From a virus (taxonomy: Duplodnaviria; Caudoviricetes), in IMG/VR virus record IMGVR_UViG_3300046779_000331, positions 1 through 41,143 of that record: 41,143 nt of DNA; one strand, 5' to 3'. Within the stretch, counting starts at the first letter, position 1. Each line of letters begins with the position of its first letter. The notes beneath the pieces were generated by a model that worked only from the letters and a program-made list of their open reading frames with translations, searched no databases and had not been told where the DNA came from. The translations under genes and the position numbers were made by a program. Below, piece by piece: positions 1 through 7,675 of the stretch.

Positions 1-2
1 CA

Positions 3-341
3 GCGGATTCAGCAGAAGCAACTGGCGTAAAGTGGGCAGCAGCCCCTGTAAGCCTTCCATCACAGACTGGTCAGACTGGCAAGTACCTCACAACAGATGG
101 TACTACTGCATCTTGGGCAACTATTGCTGCAGACATCGAATCAGTAACAGCGGGCACTGGTCTTACAGGTGGTGGAACATCAGGTGCTGTCACACTGAAC
201 CTAGATACAACTTCTGTCTATGTCGTACCTTCACAGTCAGGTGCGTCTGGAAAATATTTAACAAGCAACGGAACAGCAGCGTCTTGGGCAACCATTACAA
301 CAGACCCACTGCCACAAATTATGATGATGATGGGAGCATAA
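3..341 (+). CDS. C-terminal part of tail fibre protein (partial; variant of 38767-40593)
   Basis: Same frame and near-identical protein to the end of 38767-40593, ending DPLPQIMMMMGA-TAA. Confidence 0.92.
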   Translation, partial: ADSAEATGVKWAAAPVSLPSQTGQTGKYLTTDGTTASWATIAADIESVTAGTGLTGGGTSGAVTLNLDTTSVYVVPSQSGASGKYLTSNGTAASWATITTDPLPQIMMMMGA

Positions 342-344
342 CCA

Positions 345-551
345 ATGCCAAGTTCATTCGCAATCCAACAGCGTCGTGGCACTACAGCACAGCACGCTAG
401 TTTCACAGGTTTGGCGGGAGAGATAACAGTCGACACCGACAAAAAGGTCGTGGTTGTCCACGATGGAAGTACCGCTGGTGGTATTCCGCTAGCAAAAGAA
501 TCAGCCTTGACCGAGGCTGGCTTTAACCCATTTCTACTAATAGGAGCATAA
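345..551 (+). CDS. Small tail-fibre protein with Mtd_N-like (major tropism determinant N-terminal) motif
   Basis: QQRRGTTAQHASFTGLAGEITVDTD..VVHDGSTAGG.PLA motif; GGAG RBS; second copy at 40597. Confidence 0.75.
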   Translation: MPSSFAIQQRRGTTAQHASFTGLAGEITVDTDKKVVVVHDGSTAGGIPLAKESALTEAGFNPFLLIGA

Positions 552-554
552 TTA

Positions 555-884
555 ATGCCAAACGTATACAAGGTCCTGGCTCAATCTAACCCATCAGCCA
601 CAACCGCAACGACACTTTACACAGTACCTTCTGCAACATCTGCAGTTCTTTCAACAATTACTGTTTGCAATCAGGCAGCATCTGCTGCTTCATTCCGTAT
701 CGCAGTACGCCCAGCGGGTGCAACCCTAGCAGCAGTTCACTATGTTGCTTACGATGTAGCACTAGCAGCAAACGATACAACAGCACTAACACTTGGATTG
801 ACACTTGCAGCAACTGACGTAGTAACTATCTACGCATCATCTGCAACACTTTCATTCCACGCATACGGCTCAGAAATTTCTTAA
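555..884 (+). CDS. Beta-rich small virion protein (putative tail-fibre hub/adaptor)
   Basis: 109 aa, AGGAG RBS; second copy at 40807 differs mostly at synonymous sites, confirming coding status. Confidence 0.7.
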   Translation: MPNVYKVLAQSNPSATTATTLYTVPSATSAVLSTITVCNQAASAASFRIAVRPAGATLAAVHYVAYDVALAANDTTALTLGLTLAATDVVTIYASSATLSFHAYGSEIS

Positions 885-896
885 TAGGAGGATACG

Positions 897-1526
897 ATGG
901 CAATCAGTAGATTTAAGACATCTACTTTGGCACAAGGATTGCCAAAGTATCAAGACGTGTGGGATGGTACTACAACTATAGTGCCAACAACTGGATTTGT
1001 TTCTCTTGCAACTACAACAGTAGGAGCGGGTGGGGCATCTACAATTACATTTTCAAGTATTCCACAAGTATTTAAACATTTACAAATTCGTCACGTTGCA
1101 AGAACAACAAATGCATCCACCAATGGAAATATGTATATCCAACTTAATGGAGATACTGGCAGTAACTACGTATGGCACAGACTTGAAGGTTATGGAACTG
1201 GTGTTGGTGCAGTAGGTATTACTGGCTCAGCAGCATTTGCTATTGGTGGTCTTATGACTGGCTCACAGTCTATTGCATCGTCTTATGGCGCGGGTATTCT
1301 TGACATTACCGACTATAGCAGCACAATCAAAAATAAAACTATGCGAACTTTAACTGGTTACGAAAACAATGGAAATGGTTCTGCTGGAAATGACCAGGGA
1401 TATATCAACTCTAACTCAGGTCTTTGGTTATCAACCAGCGCAATAAATAGTATTTCTATCACAATTAATGGTGGCGGAAATTTTGCACAGTATAGCCAGT
1501 TTGCGTTATACGGAATCCAGGGGTAA
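897..1526 (+). CDS. LYGI-family putative receptor-binding protein, type A1
   Basis: AGGAGG RBS; TITFSSIPQ..LQIR, NGDTGSNY, C-terminal LYGIQG; N-terminal extension ending VWDG. Confidence 0.7.
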   Translation: MAISRFKTSTLAQGLPKYQDVWDGTTTIVPTTGFVSLATTTVGAGGASTITFSSIPQVFKHLQIRHVARTTNASTNGNMYIQLNGDTGSNYVWHRLEGYGTGVGAVGITGSAAFAIGGLMTGSQSIASSYGAGILDITDYSSTIKNKTMRTLTGYENNGNGSAGNDQGYINSNSGLWLSTSAINSISITINGGGNFAQYSQFALYGIQG

Positions 1527-1530
1527 GTAA

Positions 1531-2022
1531 ATGGCAATAGCACAAACATATGAACCGCTTGCAACTCAAACTCTTGGAGGCGCTTCTTCTAGCGTTTCTT
1601 TCAACTCAATAAGTGCTGATTATACAGACCTTGTTTTAGTGATTGACGGAACTGTTGGTTCTAATACTGGTATTCAATTGCGTTTTAATGGTGATTCTGG
1701 TACAAACTATTCATTTATACGAGTAGCAGGAAGCGGCACAAGCGCATCATCGGACCGCAGTTCTAACGCTACCTTTATGGAACTAGGGTACTATCTATCA
1801 GGTAATCGTAATATGAATGTTATACATATTATGAACTATTCAAGTACGTCTATTTATAAAACAGTAATAAATAGGGCAAGTGCTACTACTGCAAACATCG
1901 GCGCTATGGCTTTTGCTGAACTTTGGCGTTCTACTGCTGCCGTTAATTCAATAACAATTAATGCTTCTGGAAACTTATCAAGTGGAAGCACACTAACTCT
2001 CTACGGAATAAAGGCGGCTTAA
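1531..2022 (+). CDS. LYGI-family putative receptor-binding protein, type B1
   Basis: TYEPLAT, YTDLVLV, FNGDSGTNYS, LWRST, LYGIKAA. Confidence 0.7.
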   Translation: MAIAQTYEPLATQTLGGASSSVSFNSISADYTDLVLVIDGTVGSNTGIQLRFNGDSGTNYSFIRVAGSGTSASSDRSSNATFMELGYYLSGNRNMNVIHIMNYSSTSIYKTVINRASATTANIGAMAFAELWRSTAAVNSITINASGNLSSGSTLTLYGIKAA

Positions 2023-2024
2023 AT

Positions 2025-2543
2025 ATGCCAACACCTACATATACCTTAATAAATAGCGTTACAGTTGGTTCTGGCGGGGCAGCAAACATTACTTTTACAT
2101 CTATACCTGGAACATACACTGACCTGCTTGTAAAGTTATCTTCAAGAACAACAAGCAATTATGGCAATGCTTTTGCTCAAGTTGATATGTCACTTAACTC
2201 TACTGGGTATTCTAATGATAGGGTATTATTTGCTACCAATAGTTCTGTTAGTTCTAACAATGGTGGGGTTGGTACAACTTATGGAAATAACTCAAGCATA
2301 GCAACTGCTAGTACATTTAGTAATACAGATATATATATACCAAACTATGCAGGTTCTTCACAAAAAATAACTGCCTCTGATGGTGTGGCAGAAACAAATA
2401 GCACAACAGCCGCCATTGTTTCTGTAAACGCAACGTTATTTAACGTTACATCGGCAGTAACATCTCTAACACTAACACCAAATAGTTCTGGAAATTTTGC
2501 AGAAAATAGCACAGCCTACCTCTACGGCATTAAGAACAGTTAG
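2025..2543 (+). CDS. LYGI-family putative receptor-binding protein, type C1
   Basis: MPT..Y.LIN, SIPGTYTDL, IYIPNY, AYLYGIKNS. Confidence 0.7.
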   Translation: MPTPTYTLINSVTVGSGGAANITFTSIPGTYTDLLVKLSSRTTSNYGNAFAQVDMSLNSTGYSNDRVLFATNSSVSSNNGGVGTTYGNNSSIATASTFSNTDIYIPNYAGSSQKITASDGVAETNSTTAAIVSVNATLFNVTSAVTSLTLTPNSSGNFAENSTAYLYGIKNS

Positions 2544-2551
2544 GACACACT

Positions 2552-3154
2552 ATGGGAATCCGAAGTCTATCAACTGCCAGCATATCTACTGGCGTTAAGC
2601 GAAGCAAGGTGTGGGACCAGAGTGCTGTAGTTCTAACAAGTGCGTATGAGTCTATTGCTACAGCAACAGGCAATGGCTCATCCGACACAATTACTTTTAG
2701 TTCTATCCCTAGCACATACAACAATTTGCAAATACGCATATTAGGGCGAGTCACACCAGCAACCAATGTAGAAAACATTGGCATTTATTTTAATAGCGAT
2801 ACTGGCAGTAATTACAATGGTCACTACATATATGCTAATGGTTCAAGTGTATCGGGCGGTTCAGGTACTAATTCATCTGGTATGACTATCGCTGGGCGTA
2901 TAACTGGTGGAAACATTGCTTCTGAAATTATGGGTGTTGCAATTATTGATATTGCAGAAGTTCAGAATACAAGCAAAAACAAGACAATCCGCGTTTTATC
3001 TGGTTGGGATTCCAACGGAAACGGAGAGGCTTGGTACGCATCAGGTAGTTGGAGAAATACTGCAGCAGTATCCTCTATAAGTGTTCGCCAGTTATATGGT
3101 TCTGGTGGATGGACAACCTCAACTAAAATAGCACTATATGGAATTAAGGGGTAA
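2552..3154 (+). CDS. LYGI-family putative receptor-binding protein, type A2
   Basis: N-terminal extension ending VWDQ, TITFSSIP..LQIR, KNKTIR, LYGIKG; closest to A1. Confidence 0.7.
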   Translation: MGIRSLSTASISTGVKRSKVWDQSAVVLTSAYESIATATGNGSSDTITFSSIPSTYNNLQIRILGRVTPATNVENIGIYFNSDTGSNYNGHYIYANGSSVSGGSGTNSSGMTIAGRITGGNIASEIMGVAIIDIAEVQNTSKNKTIRVLSGWDSNGNGEAWYASGSWRNTAAVSSISVRQLYGSGGWTTSTKIALYGIKG

Positions 3155-3160
3155 TAACTA

Positions 3161-3658
3161 ATGGCTGCTGGTCCTACATACGAACCTATTGCAACTTATA
3201 CATTTCCAGGAGGAACTAACTCAACTACTTTTACCTCTATTCCAAGTACTTATACAGACCTTCGTTTAGTAATTTCATATCAATTAAGTGGTGAGTTAGT
3301 TCAGGCAAGGTTTAATAGCGATACTGGTTCAAATTATTCTTGCACTAATTTTTATGCCAATGGTTCTTCTGCTGCTTCAAATAGGCGTTCTAATTTTACA
3401 GAAGCAAGATTAGGTATTGAAAATGTCAACTCAACCTCACAAGGAGTTCTTACTGTTGATTTTTTTGATTATTCAAATACGGCAATTTACAAAACATTTT
3501 TGTCAAGATGCAGCAATGCAGCACAGGAAGTAAATGAAAGAGTTGGACTTTGGCGCTCAACATCTGCTATTAGCACAATTCAAGTATCAACATTTAATGG
3601 AAGTTGGAATTTTTCTTCTGGTGACCAAGTAACTCTATATGGAATTGTGAGAGCATAA
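3161..3658 (+). CDS. LYGI-family putative receptor-binding protein, type B2
   Basis: TYEPIAT, FNSDTGSNYS, IYKT, LWRST, LYGIVRA; closest to B1. Confidence 0.7.
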   Translation: MAAGPTYEPIATYTFPGGTNSTTFTSIPSTYTDLRLVISYQLSGELVQARFNSDTGSNYSCTNFYANGSSAASNRRSNFTEARLGIENVNSTSQGVLTVDFFDYSNTAIYKTFLSRCSNAAQEVNERVGLWRSTSAISTIQVSTFNGSWNFSSGDQVTLYGIVRA

Positions 3659-4170
3659 TGCCAACTACAATGTACTTAATAAATACTGCGACAGTTACCG
3701 CTGGCGGAACTACATCAATGACATTTAGTTCTATTCCACAAACTTATACTGACTTAAAAATTATTGTTTCTGCAAGAAATGCACAGAACAATTATGGTGG
3801 ATACCAAGTTAGAATTAACGGGGCAACATCTAATAATTCTCTTAGAACTGTTAAAGCATCAGGAACATCAGTTTCTTCATCATCTCGTTCAGATGTAATT
3901 GATGTTTGTTCATTACCAATTTCTGGAGATGACTCTAATGCATTTAGTTGTGATGAAATATACATACCTGACTATACTTCCACAGCGCGAAACAAATCGT
4001 TTTCAGCAGACAGCACTAGAGAATTTAATGATTCAACCAATAACTCTTTGCGTATGTCCGCTGCTCTTCAATCAAATACAGCAGCGGTTACATCGGTAGT
4101 TATTACACTAGACACAGATACTTTTCTAACAGGTTCAAAAGCATACCTTTATGGTATCAAAAACTCATAA
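3658..4170 (+). CDS. LYGI-family putative receptor-binding protein, type C2
   Basis: MPT.MYLIN, SIPQTYTDL, IYIPDY, AYLYGIKNS; closest to C1. Confidence 0.7.
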   Translation: MPTTMYLINTATVTAGGTTSMTFSSIPQTYTDLKIIVSARNAQNNYGGYQVRINGATSNNSLRTVKASGTSVSSSSRSDVIDVCSLPISGDDSNAFSCDEIYIPDYTSTARNKSFSADSTREFNDSTNNSLRMSAALQSNTAAVTSVVITLDTDTFLTGSKAYLYGIKNS

Positions 4171-4188
4171 CAACAAAGGAGCAATACA

Positions 4189-4422
4189 ATGACAGATACA
4201 CTAACAGCGATTGAAGTGAACTGTGAGACAGGGGTTGTTACTGAGCGACCTCTTACAGCAGAAGAAATTTCACAGCGCGAAGCAGATGCAGCAGCATACG
4301 CTGCTCGCAAGGCAGAAGAAGATGCAGCAGCACAGGCTGCAGCAGAGGCTAAGGCATCAGCCGAAGCAAAGTTGGCAGCACTTGGTTTGACTGCTGACGA
4401 AATTGCTGCACTATCTAAGTAA
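4189..4422 (+). CDS. Small Ala/Glu-rich helical protein, possible tail-fibre assembly chaperone
   Basis: AAGGAG RBS; beta-hairpin-like N-terminus then a long helix; lies directly after the fibre cassette. Confidence 0.55.
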   Translation: MTDTLTAIEVNCETGVVTERPLTAEEISQREADAAAYAARKAEEDAAAQAAAEAKASAEAKLAALGLTADEIAALSK

Positions 4423-4425
4423 TAA

Positions 4426-4464
4426 GTTCCCTGGGTATGGACGGAAACTGCCCATTAATTTTTC
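4426..4464 (+). promoter_or_regulatory. Compact hairpin/H-type pseudoknot followed by T-tract
   Basis: GTTC(4426-29)/GGAC(4439-42) crosses TGGGTA(4432-37)/TGCCCA(4449-54). Confidence 0.45.
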
Positions 4465-4479
4465 TATTTAAGGAGTAAC

Positions 4480-6483
4480 GTGGCTGGTCGCGATATAACC
4501 GAAGGTGATGGTAATGTCTGGGCGTTAGCAGGAGATGGTCTGCCTATTGCTCGTGGTATTGCTGACATTGGTATTGTTTCTACAGATGCTGTCTGGCAGA
4601 ATACTAATATCTCTTATGATACAGCCATTGGTGGCATGCCGTTTATATCTGCAATTTCAGATAAAGATGAGTCTACTCGGCAGACTGCACCGTTTCGTAA
4701 AGACCAGTTTGACAATGGCAATGAGCCTGGTGAGCAGTCGCTCACTGGCTGGTGGCTACGCTCACAGATGTCTTTTCATGGTGGTTCTGGTATTAAGTTT
4801 TTTGACCCTGCTACTAATGATGAGTCAGGACAATACCGCTTTGCCGATAGCAAAGGCGTAGATGTCTGGACTAAGGGTCAAGTAACCATGCTCAAGAACT
4901 GCACACAGGGTCATAATGTTACTGGTGCTATTCGGGCAACTGGTCGTCCATTTCAGACTATGCGTTCTATTTTCTGGAGCAATACTTCTGGTGTACTACT
5001 ACATGATGAATATGATGTAGATAAGATTCCAGCAGATGACCCTACAAACCCAGTTCACTTTATTGACTACAATGCTGGAACAGATTCACCAGTGTTTGCA
5101 ATCTGTGATGACGGCACAACTGCATACTGGATTACAAATACAGCAACCAAAAAGACTGTATACAAGAAGGCTTTGACTGGCACATCAGCAACTGCTAATA
5201 CATTTATGTTTGATGAAATTGGTACTATCTCAAACGCAACTATGGACTATGTAAAAGACCGTATTGTGCTATGTGCCGATAACAAAGTCTATGAGTTTGC
5301 TGCATCAGCCGTGGCTATGCCAACGGCTTTGTATACACACCCTGTATCTAGCCATGTGTATACATCTATTACAGCATCTGGTCCTGCTATTTACATTGCA
5401 GGATATAACGGTATCCAGTCTACTATTCAGAAGTTTACACTTAACACCTCTGGTGTCATGCCTACTCTTACATCTGCTGTAGTTGCAGCAGAGTTACCAG
5501 TTGGCGAAATCGTACATAAGATTTATTACTATCTTGGCTACATGATGATTGGCACAAACAAGGGTGTTCGTGCTGCTCTAGTCTCAGACACAGATGGTTC
5601 TATAACCTATGGTCCACTTATCGTGGAGACTAGCCAGCCTTGCTATGACTTTGCTGCTCGTAATCATTACATCTGGTGCGCTACTGGAGTCGCAGGAAAC
5701 CCAGGTCTTATCCGTATTGACCTTAGTAATGAACTAGAAACCTTACGTTTTGCATGGGCTAATGATGTTTATATTGATGACGTAACTGGTCATCAGACAA
5801 CTACCTGTGCATTTGCTAATGGCACAGATAGAATTACATTTGCAACTGCACATGCTGGTGCTGTTGATGGTTATGTTTATGTAGAAGATGCAGCAACTTT
5901 GCGTCCAACTGGCTATCTAACCACAGGTAATATCCGTTATGGAACGCTAGAACCTAAGAACTTTAAGCGCCTTATTGGGCGCGGTGATTTTTCTAAGGGG
6001 TCGCTAGGTCTGCTTACTGTTGACATTGATGGCACAGAATACGACCATATTACATACGACTCACAAGTACCCGAAGTTGAAGTAGGAACTAACCAGCCTT
6101 CTGTTGCTCGTGAGTATATTGCCTACAAGTTCCTGTTTGTTCGTGATGCCGTTACCACATCAACTGGTCCTATATTCAAGGGCTATCAGGCTAAGGCTAC
6201 TATCGCTACTCCACGTCAGCGAATCATTCAGTTTCCTGTCTATTGCTTTGACACAGAGACAGACCGCAATGGTGTAACTACTGGTTATAAAGGTAGGGCG
6301 CATGAGCGCCTTCTGCAGTTGGAAGCAATTGAGGAAAGTGGAGACGTAGTATTGTGGCAGGATTTGAATACACAAGAACTTCGTCAAGTACAAATTGAAG
6401 GCATTTCATTTAAACGGACAACTCCACCAGATAAGTTTAACGGATATGGTGGCATTATTACGATTGTGGTGAGAACAGTATAA
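4480..6483 (+). CDS. Putative tail nozzle / tubular protein B-like beta-propeller virion protein
   Basis: 667 aa, GTG start with AAGGAG; repeated short beta-strand pattern; size and position fit podovirus nozzle proteins. Confidence 0.55.
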   Translation: MAGRDITEGDGNVWALAGDGLPIARGIADIGIVSTDAVWQNTNISYDTAIGGMPFISAISDKDESTRQTAPFRKDQFDNGNEPGEQSLTGWWLRSQMSFHGGSGIKFFDPATNDESGQYRFADSKGVDVWTKGQVTMLKNCTQGHNVTGAIRATGRPFQTMRSIFWSNTSGVLLHDEYDVDKIPADDPTNPVHFIDYNAGTDSPVFAICDDGTTAYWITNTATKKTVYKKALTGTSATANTFMFDEIGTISNATMDYVKDRIVLCADNKVYEFAASAVAMPTALYTHPVSSHVYTSITASGPAIYIAGYNGIQSTIQKFTLNTSGVMPTLTSAVVAAELPVGEIVHKIYYYLGYMMIGTNKGVRAALVSDTDGSITYGPLIVETSQPCYDFAARNHYIWCATGVAGNPGLIRIDLSNELETLRFAWANDVYIDDVTGHQTTTCAFANGTDRITFATAHAGAVDGYVYVEDAATLRPTGYLTTGNIRYGTLEPKNFKRLIGRGDFSKGSLGLLTVDIDGTEYDHITYDSQVPEVEVGTNQPSVAREYIAYKFLFVRDAVTTSTGPIFKGYQAKATIATPRQRIIQFPVYCFDTETDRNGVTTGYKGRAHERLLQLEAIEESGDVVLWQDLNTQELRQVQIEGISFKRTTPPDKFNGYGGIITIVVRTV

Positions 6484-6773
6484 TGACAGCAGAGCAGTGG
6501 GCAGGACTTGTAGTATCAATTACAGTAGTACTTGGTTGTGGACTCGCAGTTATCAGATGGGTAATACGTAACGAAGTTCGTGAAGTCGCACAGGATACTA
6601 AGGCTATTCGTTATGAGACTACTCCTAATAGTGGCAAGTCAATGAATGACTATATTAAAAAAGAAATTCATCCACTGCTAAAAGAAATACGTGAAGACCA
6701 GATTGTAATTAAAGTAGACCTTGCTACACAAATTGGTAAGTTTGAACAGCACATAAAGGAGCACGACAATTAA
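6483..6773 (+). CDS. Membrane protein (one TM helix plus coiled region), lysis-cassette associated
   Basis: Hydrophobic WAGLVVSITVVLGCGLAVIRWVI; TAATG coupling; precedes endolysin. Confidence 0.6.
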   Translation: MTAEQWAGLVVSITVVLGCGLAVIRWVIRNEVREVAQDTKAIRYETTPNSGKSMNDYIKKEIHPLLKEIREDQIVIKVDLATQIGKFEQHIKEHDN

Positions 6774-7215
6774 GATTGCAAAGAGGGCGACACCAGCAGC
6801 AATAGCCGTACTTAGACAAGCAACAGCCTTGCGCCCAAAGCGCAAGAAGGCAAGCGATGGATTGCTACCATCAGCAGCGCATCAGAAACAAAGTCCTAAT
6901 TCAGACCATAATACTGGTCATGCAGTAGACCTAACCCATGACCCTGCAAATGGAATCAACTGCGTTGAGATGTTTATTAAACTGCAGGAAGACAAGCGTG
7001 TAAAGTATCTTATCTTTCAGGGTAAGATTTGGTCGCAGAAGAACGGCGTTTACAATTACACGGGGTCTAATCCGCACAACAAACACTTGCATATCTCCAT
7101 TAAGGAGGGCTGTGGTAACGATACATCCGAATGGTTTCCATGGTTAGGCAAGGCTAAGGCTGTAGGCAAAATTGTTTCCAAAGTAAAACCACTACCAAAG
7201 AAGGACATCAAATGA
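6769..7215 (+). CDS. Endolysin, Zn peptidase M15-like; start uncertain (ATT 6769, ACG 6763 or TTG 6829)
   Basis: ASDG..AH..SDHNTGHAVD..KYLIF..YTGSNPHNKHLHIS matches actinophage M15-type lysins (H-x6-D and HxH Zn ligands). Confidence 0.75.
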   Translation: MKIAKRATPAAIAVLRQATALRPKRKKASDGLLPSAAHQKQSPNSDHNTGHAVDLTHDPANGINCVEMFIKLQEDKRVKYLIFQGKIWSQKNGVYNYTGSNPHNKHLHISIKEGCGNDTSEWFPWLGKAKAVGKIVSKVKPLPKKDIK

Positions 7216-7415
7216 AGAAGTTTAAACTATCTGAAAAGCACAAAAAGGCTATCAAGTCCTACCTTCGTGCTGTCGCTGCATCTGCAATCGTTATGGGTGT
7301 AGCCCTACTTACAGATATGGCTCCACAATATGCCATCCTAATCGGTGCAGTTGCTGGTCCAGCCCTTAAATGGGCAGATAAGTCTGAGAAAGACTTCGGA
7401 CTAGGGTCTAAGTAA
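7212..7415 (+). CDS. Putative holin
   Basis: 67 aa, basic N-terminus, two hydrophobic segments, ATGA overlap with the endolysin. Confidence 0.7.
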   Translation: MKKFKLSEKHKKAIKSYLRAVAASAIVMGVALLTDMAPQYAILIGAVAGPALKWADKSEKDFGLGSK

Positions 7416-7452
7416 CCCCTATTTTAGGGGCGTAGCAGCCCCATAGAGACAC

Positions 7453-7506
7453 AAAAGCCCCCGCTCTGGTACTTTAACCTACCAGGCGGGGGTCTTTTTG
7501 CTTTTT
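7453..7506. terminator. Bidirectional intrinsic terminator between the converging arms
   Basis: AAAA-GCCCCCGC.CTGGTA-loop-TACCAG GCGGGGGT-CTTTTTGCTTTTT. Confidence 0.8.
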
Positions 7507-7509
7507 AAT

Positions 7510-7600
7510 TATGGTTAGGTGTAGCCCCGTAACATTGTTCGCTATTAGTACGGGTTCAGGCAAGGGCATGCGCGAACCAACCCTCTACTACACCACCGTA
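7510..7600. ncRNA. Candidate structured RNA: three-way junction with complementary loops
   Basis: GGTGTAG(7518-24)/CTACACC(7588-94); CCCGTA/TACGGG; AGGG/CCCT; loops carry GTTCGC and GCGAAC. Confidence 0.55.
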
Positions 7601-7669
7601 CACGATTGAGAATTGAACTCAAATTTCCACCAGTTAACTGTGGCGTTCTAGCCATTGAACTATCGTGCC
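7598..7669 (-). tRNA. tRNA-like gene with atypical anticodon arm (identity undetermined; no encoded CCA)
   Basis: GGCACGA TA GTTC-AATGGCTA-GAAC G CCACA-GTTAACT-GGTGG AAAT TTGAG-TTCAATT-CTCAA TCGTGTA C: good D and T arms, 1:72 and 31:39 mismatches. Confidence 0.7.
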
Positions 7670-7675
7670 TTTGTA

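Larger units (their letters stand above)
1..891 (+). repeat. Left copy of imperfect 891-bp terminal direct repeat
   Basis: Aligns without gaps to 40253-41143 (offset 40252); first 73 nt identical; about 105 mismatches by manual count (~88% identity). Confidence 0.97.

Noticed and set aside
1-891. Diversity-generating retroelement (TR/VR pair next to an Mtd_N-like gene)
   Set aside because: Differences are not adenine-specific, are mostly synonymous, both copies are coding, and no reverse transcriptase is present.
7510-7600. tRNA-associated theta/HDV-like, hammerhead or twister ribozyme
   Set aside because: No nested double pseudoknot, no CUGAnGA plus GAAA core, and no twister consensus could be fitted.
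7598-7669. Ochre suppressor tRNA (UUA anticodon) or stop-codon recoding
   Set aside because: UUA is out of register (would need G33) and TAA ends most genes in intact, tightly coupled operons.
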